Source: the human T2T-CHM13v2.0 reference genome, Homo sapiens. Taken from it: a stretch of DNA of 64,000 nt. Positions 51,172-64,000 of the stretch are shown here, piece by piece. Within the stretch, counting starts at the first letter, position 1. Each line of letters opens with the position of its first letter. The stretch lies in NCBI RefSeq assembly GCF_009914755.1, contig NC_060928.1; one strand, given 5' to 3'. Position numbers and translations under genes: made by a program. The notes under the pieces are model-generated. The model saw only the letters and a list, made by a program, of their open reading frames with translations, had not been told where the DNA came from and did no database searches.

Positions 51172-54110
51172 ATTCCTTAGTGTTTGGAGCTCCTGGCCCA
51201 TCCAAGCCTCTCCCATGTTCTAAGGCTTATGCCATTCATCACAAGATGCCTAGAGCTCAAAGGAGAAGTTAAGGTTGGCCAATGGGACCCCTGAATGCAA
51301 ACATCTCAGAAATGAACTGAAGCCGTTGCTAGCTTGCTGGCTGGCTCCTCAAACCTCTCTGTAATGCCTCGCTTCCGCTCATGCAGTCAAAGGGATGCGG
51401 AAGGGAAACTGAGCTGGGAGTTGAGGAACATTTCAAGGGGTAGAAGGGCCTCCATTCATATAGACAGTGTGTCCAAAGTAGAGACGTTCCCACACACGTC
51501 GGTCAAGTGGCACGTAGCAGGACATGGAAACTGACATTTAACCTAAGGCCAAATAAAATATTTATGAGGACATTATAGAAAGAACTTCTGGACTATAAAA
51601 TATGAACATGAAAACAAGTCTCAAATTGTATTCAACATTTTAATCATTAATCTTCTTGGAAATGTTAGTACTCCCGTTATTCAGCTTGCCTGCCCCTCTG
51701 AGAAAAACCAACCCAGGTGAAGACTTTCCCCTCCATCTCCTGGATATGGTTAATGGTAAGGAAGCAGTTTCGCCAAAGCAACCCACAAATAGAAGCTCTG
51801 GCCAATACCTAATGAAGCTGTTTCCGAGTATTGTCAGGAACCGTCTTTGGACTGCCTCCTTCACTTCTACATTTATTTTCAATATGACTGTACATGCTTG
51901 CACAATAAGTTGTTATGCACATGGGCTACGATGGCAACATCCGAGATGCTAAAGTCACTCATCCCAGAGAGTTTCCAGATGAACAAGATGCAGCTATTCA
52001 GCCTTCCAGAGACCAAGGGCAAGGGCAAGACCAAGGCCTGAAAGAGCAGCTGGGGGCCAAACACAGCACCAAGACCTAACCTCTGGAGCATCCCGGTCTG
52101 AGATAGCCCTTTGAGCTCCACCCTCCTCTGTGTGATCTCATGAGCCTGAGAGCCCTCTGTCATCACAATTTTATCCAAGTGTCTCCAGGGACCACACCAA
52201 TGAGTGGTGGCCACAGCTCAGCTCAGGAGCACCCTGACAATGAACTCACAGAGGAAAGTCACAAGTGACATTGGAGAACAGCGCTATTTATCTTCCTGTC
52301 GCTCAAAGGGCAGAATCTGGTGGGAGAGGGGGGGTATCTGCCATGGAAGCTACCTGCCGATGCCAGACACTGTACTGGATGCCTTCATACCTCACACAAC
52401 AGAGTGGAGTCAATGGCACTAATATCAGAGCCAAGAACCCAGGCGCAAATCCTGGCTCTGTCACTCACGCACTGTGTGACTTTGGGCCAGTTGCTCAACC
52501 TCTCTGTGCTTTGGCATCCTCATCTGCGCATTGAGGTTAATGATGTGGTAAGGATCAACTACCTTCTGGGGCTTCAGTGAGGATAAGAAGAATACTGTTT
52601 GGGAAGAGCATGCGCTGTTGCTGTTCATCGCCTTGAATCCACCTGGACGACTGTGATCTTCAAGTTTCGAAGGCAAAGGTGCCCTGCTCAGGGTCACAGA
52701 GCAGGTAAGTGGTGCCCACAGGTACACAGGAAGGCTGCGCACCCACACCCATCTGACTTCCAGCCCTCGGCACTTTCCACTTTGCCTGCGGCTCTTCATA
52801 CAAGCGGCCCCATTTCCCCAAATCGAACAGTAGCTTTGCTAGGCTGAAGGGAAAGTATAATGAGCTGCCAAGGGTGTGCTTGGCCCTGCCACTTCCCGGT
52901 TATGTCTCCTCAGTGTTCTCACCTGCAAAATGGGCATGGTGCTACCTGCCCACCCTCCCTCTTTTCTCTCTTCTCCTTTTTCCTTCTCCTTCCTTTCCTT
53001 CTTGCCTTCCTTCCTTCCTCCCACCCTCACGCCCTCCATTTCCATAGACATGTCCTATGGGACCACGCTAGGCCAGGAGTAGGTGGGACATGGAGCGGCT
53101 TCTGCCCCCTAGGGGCTCCCAGTCTCATGGGGCAGTCATGGATGTAAACAAGCACCACATGGCATGGCCAGGGCTGCGATGGAGGGAGACATGGGGATTC
53201 TGAGGGCCCAGCCTGGGGATCAGGGATGACTTCCTGGAGGAGGAGGCACTGCATAACCTGAAGGGTCAGAAAGAGCAGAGACACTGCTAGTGGGAAGCAT
53301 TCAGGTGAGAGGGGCATGCATGCGCCCAGCTGGAGCACCTGTCCCATGGAGAGTGGTGGCAGAGAGGAGGGAGGCAGGACCTCAACGGCAGACAGAGGCC
53401 TCAACTGCCCGCCCTCTGCAAAGCCATGAAGGCCTGCCAAGAAAGACCAATGCAGCAGAGGGAGTGCTAGGCTCTGCATGTCTCCCGGCTCACTCACACC
53501 TTCAAAGATCAGCTAGTAAGACCAGGCGGCAGGAGGGCCGTAATTTCCACTGAGGCCAGAAGGGGCCACTTTGGGCTAATTAGAACCACTGAGCAGTCTG
53601 AAGACTTCAATTATGCACATGGCAGGACAGTGGGTGCCTCCCCACGTGGGTGGGAGATTACTGCCGCTGGCCGGGCTGTCGCTCTCATGCAAAATATTAA
53701 GAAAAGGCAGGGCCCACAGCAATTCTCATCTGGCTGAAATGGGAGGATTGATCATCTCAGAGGTCGGAGCCTCAGAGACAGAAATGCTGGGAGCGGAGCG
53801 GAGCCCCTTAGAAACTGGTTTGGCAACAAGAATTACTCCCTGGCCTCTTCCTCCTCGCTTCCCGCCCCCTAGGTGTTTTTATTTGATTAGAAAAAAAGAA
53901 AAAGAAACCGAAATCGCACTTCAATCCCAGCTCTGTTTACAGCGGGGTGAGGCTGTGCGCCAGGGGTTGCAGGAGGTCCCCACCCCCACGGAGGCTTCCC
54001 AAAGCCTTCCCTGGCCTCCCCTGGGAGCACGCTGGCAGAGGCTGTCTTTAAAGAGCTTGGAACCTTTCCACTGACATGAGTATTTAGTTGTGGAGGATTA
54101 AAAATACAAC

Positions 54111-54416
<306 letters not shown>

Positions 54417-56715
54417 TCACCCGTCACTGTCATGGGAGAAAAGAGCACTGGGATGGGAGTCAGGGGACTGCCCTCTCTCTCCAACCTGCCACCACCTAGC
54501 TGTGTGACCTTGTCTGTGACATGACCTGCCTGTGGAGTCCCTGACTGTACCCATCTCATGCTGACGTGCTCAGCATTTGTTCCCACCAGGAGAGTTGATG
54601 TCCCAGGAAGGGGACTCCTGGGGACTGCCTACCTTAACCATGAGGCTGGGGTGCTGGGCACTGCAACAGGCTTCTGGGGAGCTCCTTGGGACAGGAAAGG
54701 TCCTTAGAGGTCCCCCCCTCCCATACACAAGTTCCCCAAAGCCCGGCTGAAGGTGCCTTGATGTCCCTGAAGTGCAAGGTCCTTGTACACAGCAAGGGGC
54801 AGGCACACAGAGGCGCCCTGTTGAACTTGTTCTTCCATGGCCAAGAAGGCAGCTACTTGCAGATACTCCTACCCTATCTCGCCAGAGGCATGGAAACCCT
54901 TGGGGACGGGTGCCAGCTGCTCCTGACCTCGCTTGTATGCACAGCACTTTGCAGATACAAAGTGTGTTCACTTCCTACACTTGGTTGAACATTTGCAACA
55001 TCAGTTATGAAGCACCCAGGTAGCACGCTTGTCACTCTAAAGGTTTGGAGGGACGGCCCTAAGTTGCCTACTGAGAAAGCAATCACCCGAGGGGCCTGTA
55101 GGAAATTATGGGCCCTGGAAATTCTGAGTTGCAGAGGGATGCTGGTGTGGGGCCCAGGAAGCTGTAGTTAACAGACTCCAAGGGGGGTTCTAAGGAGGCA
55201 GGTGCCCATGAGGAAGCAGGGGTCTGCACCAAGCACAAAAGCAGGGAGGCACGGAAAAGCGAGGTGGATTCAGGGCACCCGCAAATGGCAGTGGAGATTC
55301 TGAGACACAACGGGCAGAGCAGGCGAGGGGGCTGCATGCGTGCTAAGAGGCAGGCAAGGGAGGGCCAACTGCGGTCAGGTCCGCCCTGCCCCGTGTCCTT
55401 CCACTGTGCCATCTTGAGCAAGGCACCGCACCTCTGCCTACCTCAACTGCCTCATCAGCAAAATAAGAACCATGGACGTGACCTCCTTCCTAGAGTTACT
55501 GGGCAAATTAAATGAGTGAATAGACATAAGATGCTCAGAAGTGTGTCGGGCACAAAATAAGTGGGACATGAGACTGAGGGCTGCTATTAACGCCCTGTGC
55601 CCGACAGTGTGTGGGAGTTTATATCCATCGTCCCCTTTAATTCTCACAGCCCCCCTGGAAGGTAGCTGCTATTATATTAGTCTCCCCGTTTTACAGATGA
55701 GGAAGCCAAGCGAGCGGGTTCCCCAGGTCGCAGAACTCCCGCACAGCAGAGCTGGCTCAGGGCGGCTCCATAGCCACTCTGCTCTTCCCACAGCAGCCTG
55801 GCTGCTCCCACCTCTGCCTGTTGAGAACAGGAAGCTCAGTGCCCTAAACCGGCTCTCAGCAGGCATTCAACTGTGGCTTGATAAACAAATAACTGGATAA
55901 TAAGTGCTGAACAAATGAATGGGGGGAAGAAGGGATGAACAGACCACAGGGAGGATAAAACCCTCTCTTCCAGCTCAAAGGCAGAAGGAGGATTCCGAAT
56001 TTAATTATGAGGAAGGGACCCCAAGGGCAACCCCGTGCAGAGCAGTCACACAGCACTTTCATTACTCTTTATGGCTTCCTGGGCCCATTAGCAAATCCCC
56101 CAGGTTCCTGGGGAGTGATTAGATGGAGGGAGGGGCTGGGCCTGCTCCCAGGCCACAGGGGAGGGTCAGGGTCTGGGAAGCAGCCCCTCTTGAATCCAGA
56201 TGCTGACATGACAACATCACGAAAACCTCATTTGCAAACCCAAATTAGTGCCATCTTGATGATCATATAAAAGAAGGATGGGCCTATAAAGCCAGCCACG
56301 GACAAGCGTGGCCATGGGGAACGGCTTCGCGGAGGGGCAGGGGGAGTCCAGAAAGAAAGGTTTTGTCATCAAAACCCATCTTGGTGACTTATGGATTTGG
56401 CATTTGGCTCGATACTTTGTTTTGTTTCCTGGCAGCAGGGGGGTCTCTTTTTCCCTTCACTTACCTATTATCAGTCTCATTAATAACAGAGGTATAGGAT
56501 CAGGACATAAATATATACCAATGAGAATTACAATTACCACAATTAAACTGAGCATTTATTAAGTGCTCATGTTGAGCCTCACCCTATTCGGAGCACGTTA
56601 CAAGAACTAACGTATTTATTTTTGAACAATTTGAGACATTCTTGCCTTTCTGCTGTCTTTGGGTTTGCCTTCCTGAATGTGTCTGATGTGCTTCTTCTTC
56701 AAATTGACTCCCCTC

Positions 56716-56758
56716 CAAAGGGATCTAAACCTCAGCCAAAGGGATCTAAACCCAGCCA
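56716..56758. repeat. ~21-bp tandem duplication
   Basis: caaagggatctaaacc(t)cagc twice. Confidence 0.75.
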
Positions 56759-56894
56759 GTGTGGACCAGCACCTTCCATGGGGAAGTTGGTCTTTCTTAA
56801 CCCACTATCATTTTAAGAATTTCAAAGCTTAGAAAAATAAAGTGCTGATTTGTCTTCTTTGCTGCTTCTTCCTGTCAAAACACTGACACCTCAC

Positions 56895-57710
<816 letters not shown>

Positions 57711-57884
57711 GCTCCTTAATCAGAGATGAATGTTGATGGTGTGCCACATGGCCTTACAAGTGTGAGGCAAGTGGGGGAAGTCAACAATGACCCAGCAGAA
57801 ACAGGACACAAGTCAGGATGAATGGACTAATCCTCCAAAACTCCAGCAGATTTTATGAGCATTTATTGCTAGAAACCCAACTGG

Positions 57885-58192
57885 TTTTTTTGTTTGTTTG
57901 TTTTTCAGATGGAGTCTCACTCTGCTGCCCAGGCTGGAGTGCGGGGGCACGATCTCAGCTCACTGCAACCTCGCCTGCCGGGTTCAAGCGATTCTCCAGC
58001 TTCAGCCTCCCAAGTAGCTGGGACAACAGGCACCCGCCACCACACCCGGCTAATTATTTTTTTTGTATTTTTAGTAGAGACGGGGTTTCACCATGTTGGC
58101 CAGGCTGGTCTCAAACTCCTGACCTCAAGTGATCCGCATACCTCGGCCTCCCAAAGGCTGGGATTACAGGTGTAAGCCACTGAGCCCGGCCA
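57885..58192 (-). mobile_element. AluS-type element
   Basis: Reverse Alu; TSD agaaacccaac. Confidence 0.93.
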
Positions 58193-58325
58193 AGAAACCC
58201 AACATTTAGAAGTCAAATACCCTTAGACAAATGGACTGGGAAGTTCTTAAACTATTCAAAAGTGGGGAAGATGGATTCAAAAATACATACTTCCCCAAGG
58301 ATACAAAGTAAAACCATCATTTAGT

Positions 58326-58623
58326 GCTGCGCTATCCAGTACAGGGACCACCAGCCATGGGTGGCTAATGAACCCTTGAAATGTGGCTAGTCTGAGCTGG
58401 GATGTATGGTAAGCATAAAACACACACCGAATTTTAAAGATTTAATATGAAAAACAGAATGTAAAATGTCTCAATTACTTTAGATTGATTACAGTTTATA
58501 CTATTTTGGATATACAAATTATTACAATTAATTTCACCTGTTTCTTTTTACGTGCATAACCTGGCTATCAGAAGTTTTAAAACTACACGTACAGCTTCCG
58601 TTACATTTCTATCGCTCAGCACT
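58326..58623 (-). mobile_element. MER33-like hAT fossil
   Basis: ctgcgctatccagtac...cttgaaatgtggctagtc...aattaatttcacctgtttcttttta. Confidence 0.75.
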
Positions 58624-59365
58624 AACTTAGAGGATGCTGGAAATTATTGGGAATTTAAAAATTAAGTTGTATGTGCTCTTGGGTTTGTTAACAAGAAATT
58701 AAAGTGCCAACAAAATGGCAGAAGAGACCTAGACCCCCAAAAGGATGCAAAAACCCCCACCAGGGGCCAAATGTTAGATGAGCTGATACTAACAGTAGAA
58801 CTGGTTTCTCCTCCTCCCCTTCCCTGGTGCCTAACTACCCCCGGTACAGGTTCTTCACTGCATGATCACATCCCCATGCTGCCCTCCACTGATTGGATCA
58901 AGAGGTAGCCACACCCTCCTAGAGGCAGCCAATCACCAGGCCTCCCAGAGAACTGAGCCAATCATCTTTCTCTCCCAGGATGGGTGGGAACCTGGGCCAT
59001 CGTGAGCAGTAAGGTTTCAATGGGGAGGTAGGATGGTGTAAACTGAGGCCACCCTGGAGCACAGATAATCCAGAGCAGGCGAGTGATTTCAGACCTCAGA
59101 TGCAGGGCAATTACAGTGGGCTTGATTAGTATTTGGATTCCTTGGCCCTGGCTGCCTGCAAGCCTGGGCGGGGCCTGGGAATCTGAATTTTAAACAAGTC
59201 CCTGAGCACTTGGGCCACAGGTGATCTGCGGGGCACCCTGAGAAACTCCAAGGGCGGAGGATGCAGAGGCAGTGGGTAGAGAGAATGGAGCCTGGGGAGT
59301 GGACAGGGGGCTGCAGCTGGTCAGGGGTGTCACTGTCTCAGAGGGCCTCTCAAGGATCCCGTGGC

Positions 59366-59800
59366 TTTTTTTTTTTTTTTTTTTTAGGATTACAGATATT
59401 CACATTTTATTTTAAATAAAATACTTGTTGATTTTTTTAAACATTAAAAGATGCCAAGTGTTGCATTTTATTCACCACCCTGGACAATCAAAACTGTGGA
59501 GATGTAGGCAAATAGCTAGAGTGAAAGCACATATAAAAGGACCATGCTGGAATTAAAATTTTAAAAATCCAGGAGAAAACAGCAGTGTGTGTTCCCTGTG
59601 GCACCCAGCATTGTGCAGCACCCATTGGGTCCATTTTATTACACAAAATACGGAGAACAGGAACTATACAACCAAATAATTGTTATATTGCAGGAAGGTA
59701 ATTAAGGCATCATTTTATAATGAACTTTTATTTTACAAATAAATATATCTTATGCTTAAAAATATACCATAAAGCAAAGGAGAAAGACAAGAATGAAACA
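59366..59800 (-). pseudogene. Probable retroposed mRNA 3'UTR fragment; parent unknown, 5' boundary uncertain
   Basis: 20-nt polyA on the minus strand 20 nt after AATAAA; AT-rich UTR-like sequence not resembling Alu or L1; no TSD found. Confidence 0.55.
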
Positions 59801-61334
59801 AGCAGGTCACCTTGGCCTAGGACCTGCGAGAGTGCAGCTGACTCCCAGGCCAGAGAGAAAACAAGGCCCATCCAGGATGGTGTCAGTGAGCTTCCTGGAA
59901 GACGGGCCAGTGGTGCCAGGCACCAGGCCCACCAGCATGGAGCGGAGGAACCGAGAACCCCACGCCCCAAATAACAGCTCAGCCCACCTTCTGGGGCTGC
60001 CCTGAGATGTGCCCAGAGCAGCCAGCCCATGAGGAAGAGGACTGGAGGAGGCAGGCACTGGGGACAGGTCTCTGCAGGAGAGTAAAGTGCCATCGTCACT
60101 GGCCAGAGAGTAGCAAGAGGGAGGCACAGGAGCACCACAGCTGAGACTCCCTGTGACCACAGATCAGAGGCTGCCACCCCCCCATGTCCCAGCCCTGGAG
60201 ACACTAAGGTTGGTCGGGGTTCAGGACTCACCCCAAGTCATGGGTGGAGCTGGGGATAGAGCCAAGAGGAGAACTCAGGTCTCTGGCCCCAGGGAACATG
60301 CCCCGCTCCCCAAACATGCGGTGCCCTTTTATCCTCCAAGCCTTTGCCCAGACTTTCCCTTCTGCCTGGAACACCCTTCCTATCTTTTATCTAACATCTG
60401 GTGGATGAAAGTTCCATTTTCACCTCCAACTGAGGCCTTCCCTGCCTTCTGCTCTCAGGAAGTAGAGTTTAAAGTGAGGAGCCAGTCTGGTGTCATCATC
60501 TGCATGACATGTGTCCCTCAGAGGCCTTTACTTAAGCAGAGGGGGCTCCAGCTCCACACCACTGGGCAAGCTGGCTCGGGGCAGACACCCCTGCTCAGAA
60601 GCAGGATCCCACACCTCAGGCCCACTCTCTTTAGAGCCCAAAGGTGTGAGCCCTCCCCACAGCCTCAGCGAGCTGATGAAGCAGAGTGTGAGCTGTGATT
60701 ATACCAGGCTCGAGTCTGCTGGAGTACTGGGAGCAGGCTGGGCGCGCTTGTTCACACAGAGCCTAATGAAGCGTCCCATGTTCTACAAACCTCAGCGTGT
60801 GATTTAATTAGCCCTCTGTTCCGGGTATGCCCTCGTCACCCATCATGGACAAAGGGGACTCTCGACCCCTGACTCGGGGGGTGGTGGCCACGAGTGAGTA
60901 ACTGGGGCATGCACTAGGAGCAGCTCCAGAAGTGGCAGAGCAGAGACCCCATGCACCCACCAGCTAGTGAGGTCTGGGATTTCAGTTCGGATTTAGGTGG
61001 AAGGTAAAATATCAAAAAGATGGGGATGGGCAGAGAGGCACGCCAGGTGGTAGGTACTGTGTGGGGAAAGGTGCAGCAGAAATGTGTCTGGTGTGCCATG
61101 CTGGCTGGTCTGCAGGTGTGTGAGGGGGTGTGGCTGGACGTGAAGCAACTGCATACACCTGCCTAATATCACAGGGGAGACGTGGAGAAGCCCATCCCTG
61201 CCACTTACCACCCCAGTGAGCCTGGCCAGGTCACCCTTTCTCAGAAACGTGTGCAGCGCCAAAGTCCTTCATGAACATTGATCTCACTAGATCTTCACAA
61301 CAGCCCTATGGAGTAGGGACTACTATTCCCCCTG

Positions 61335-61336
61335 TT

Positions 61337-61379
<43 letters not shown>

Positions 61380-61665
61380 TTAGACAGAGTCTCACTCTGT
61401 CACCCAGGATGAAGTGCGGTGGTGCGATCTCTGCTCACTGCAGCTTCAACCCTCCCAGGTTCAAGCAATCCTCCCACCTCAGCCCCACCAAGTAGCTGGG
61501 ACTACAGGCGCATGCCACCACACCTGGCTAATTTGTGTATTTTTTGTAGAGATGGAGTTTCACCATGTTGCCCAGGCTGGTCTTGAACTCCTGAGCTCAA
61601 GTGATCTACCCACCTCAGTCTCCCAAAGTGCTTGGATTACAGGTGTGAGCCACCAGTACCTGGCC
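61335..61665 (-). mobile_element. AluJ-type element with (TTTA)n tail
   Basis: Reverse Alu with J-type aagcaatcctcccacctcagcc. Confidence 0.92.
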
Positions 61666-62044
61666 CCTAATCCCATTTTAATGATGAATAAATGGAGGGC
61701 CAGAGAGGGTGAGTAACGTGCCCACAGTCACACAGCCAGGAAGTGGTGGGGCCAGGACTCCAGCCCCTGCAATCCTCCTCCTCACCATTGCACCTTTCAG
61801 CCCCACTAGGAGGACCCTGCTGCCAGCCTCACAGGGCTGGAATGAATACTGGAGCTGATGGCGTGACGCTCCCAGCCCAGGCTGGCACACAGCAGGAGCA
61901 GCAGGAAGGAGGTGTCTCCTCCCATCATTCCTCCCTAGGAAGCCCCTGCTCCGTGCTAATTCCATTTCTCCCTATACTGCCCATACTCTTGTTGGTGCCT
62001 CTTAAGTTCTCTAATTTGTGTCTGTACTCCACCCTGACTTTTCA

Positions 62045-62344
62045 TTTCTTTTTTTTTTTTTTTGAGAGGGAGTCTTGCTCTATGGCCCAGGCTGGAGTGC
62101 AGTGGCGCAATCTCAGCTCACTGCAAGCTCCGCCTCCTGGGCTCACGCCATTCTCCTGCCTCAGCCTCCTGAGTAGCTGGGACTACAGGTGCCCGCCACC
62201 ACACCTGGCTAATTTTTTGTATTTTTAGTAGAGACGGGGTTTCACTGTGTTAGCCAGGATGGTCTCAATCTCCTGACCTCGTGATCCGCCCACCTCGGCC
62301 TCCCAAAGTGCTGGGATTATAGGCATGAGCCACCGCACCCGGCC
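62045..62344 (-). mobile_element. AluY-type element
   Basis: gcaagctccgcc, cacgccattctcc, tagccaggatggtctc diagnostics; TSD tccaccctgacttttc. Confidence 0.95.
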
Positions 62345-63189
62345 TCCACCCTGACTTTTCTAACAGCCCACTATCCCAGTGGCCCTGCCATATTCCTTGG
62401 TTACTTAACATCCCTGGTGCATCATCTGGGAAATGGTAGTAATTAACGATTAAATGAGTTAATAGTTGGAAAGTGCTTAGAACTGTGATTCCAGGAGACT
62501 GTGTCCCACCTGAACATGAGCTCCTCAGAGCTAGTTCCATGATGTCCAGCTCTGGGCCCCACAGACCCTGGCCCCAAAAGGATGGATCACAAAGGAGCCT
62601 GGCAAATCCTCACTGAATGGTCAGCTTGTTTAAAAGATATTTTGGATCAAAAGTCAGTTTTGATGGCATCATAATAGTTTAAAAAGACCTTCTCTTAATG
62701 ACTTCAGAAGGTGATGACTATTTGCCAGTCAAAACAAGGGAAGAGGAAGCTGATGGGATGGAACAGAGTATTGACTTCTAAACAACGTTCAGGGGCTGTG
62801 CAAGAGACTGTAACTGTTCACCTTACTGACCCCTCAAAGTAACCCCAGGGGAGGAGCCCCTGCCCTCATTTCACCAGTGAGAAAAATGAGACCCTGGAAG
62901 GGAAAGCTGCCTGCCTAATATCACAGGGGCTCACCCCTCTATTTCTATCTCCCTGACACACAGCAGGCATGTAGATGTCAGCTGTGTCCTTGAATAAAAA
63001 ATGAAGGAATGCCCAAGTCACACAGCTCCTGAAGGGCACAGTTAGGGTTTGAACCCTGATCTGAGTGCTGGAAAAGGCTCCCAACCTAGTGCCTGTGTGC
63101 TGTGGATGTTACAATGTATCTTCTCTTATGAATCCGGCAGCACCCTCATTTGCAGCCCTGCAGAGAGAAGGCTGATTGAGGACGGTCAC

Positions 63190-63545
63190 AGATGGAATGG
63201 CTGTGTCCCCTCAAATTCATATGTTGAAACCCTAACCCCAAGATAATGGTGTTAGGAGGTGGGGCCTTTGGGAGGTCATGAGGTCATGAGGGTGTAGCCC
63301 CCATGAATGGGATTAGTGCCCTTAGAAGAAGGGCCTACAAAAGCTCCCTTGCCCCTTCCCCCATGTGAGGACACAACAGGAAGTCGCCACCTGTGAAACA
63401 GGCATAGGGCCTTCAACAGACACCGAAACTGCTGGCACCTTCATCTTGGACTTCCCAGCTCTAGAACTGTTAGAAATGTTTCTGTTGTTTATGAACCACC
63501 CAGTCTATGGTATCTTTGTTATGGCAGCACCAACAGACTAAGATA
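63190..63545 (+). mobile_element. MaLR LTR (MLT1A-like)
   Basis: tgtgtcccctcaaattcatatgttgaaaccctaacccc...ggtggggcctttgggagg...tcttggacttcccagc. Confidence 0.88.
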
Positions 63546-63639
63546 GACTCTAACAGTATCATAAGCCTCCACCCATGAAACTTACACAGTCATTTTCTTA
63601 CAGATTGCCTGCTATTTCCCCCGAGAATAAACAGAGTGA

Positions 63640-63860
63640 ACATGTACAGTCATGAAATCACACGCTGTCACACTCACATTCACACACACGCCAATGTGCT
63701 CGGACATACATGTGCACACACAGTTGTACATACAAACACACAGTCATGTACTCGCACACACATTGTCATGTACTTACACATATGCATGGACACTTACCTG
63801 CACACATATTCACACGATACACACTGACACACTCTCATACTCATGCATGTGTGCACACAC
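63640..63860. repeat. Degenerate (CA)n-rich tract
   Basis: Direct reading. Confidence 0.8.
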
Positions 63861-64000
63861 AGCCCATAAGCAGAGGCTGAACTGCCTGTTCCTTCAGCTA
63901 CTCAGGGTCAAAGCTACTCGGGGTCAGAGCCTCCAGAGGTGAGAACTTGCCCAATTTCATCACTTATGGAGCACACTTAGTGAGCCCAACACAACCCATC

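Noticed and set aside
58860-58980. Cluster of CCAAT boxes
   Set aside because: Context resembles an old ERVL-type LTR fragment (gagccaatca..tctctcccagga); cannot support a promoter call from sequence alone
60310-60332. Possible right-hand TSD for the 59366 retrocopy
   Set aside because: Similarity to the left flank is too weak and the sequence looks L2-derived

Overview
Human (or very close great-ape) genomic DNA lying entirely inside the minus-strand gene PPP2R2C (PP2A regulatory subunit B55-gamma). Four internal coding exons (98, 166, 113, 178 bp) splice into the B55 WD40 N-terminal region. A phase-compatible alternative first coding exon (70 nt, MGLSFFSKHLPIQEGQPWALKTP) lies about 0.7 kb upstream of the first of them. 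The canonical first exon and the downstream exons are outside the window. The rest is intron, rich in Alu, L1, L2, MIR, MaLR LTR and hAT fossils and in tandem repeats. Almost all ORF-track entries are chance or repeat-derived. I see no evidence for a new biological system. The notable signals are a minor-spliceosome (U12) donor opening a >22.6-kb intron, a near-perfect REST/RE1 site inside that intron, an L1 with a 3' transduction, a twin-primed L1 with a 5' inversion, two short locally templated insertions, a polyadenylated 3'UTR-like retrocopy in sense orientation, and a strongly G-skewed VNTR. Repeat subfamily names come from remembered consensus sequences and need RepeatMasker confirmation.
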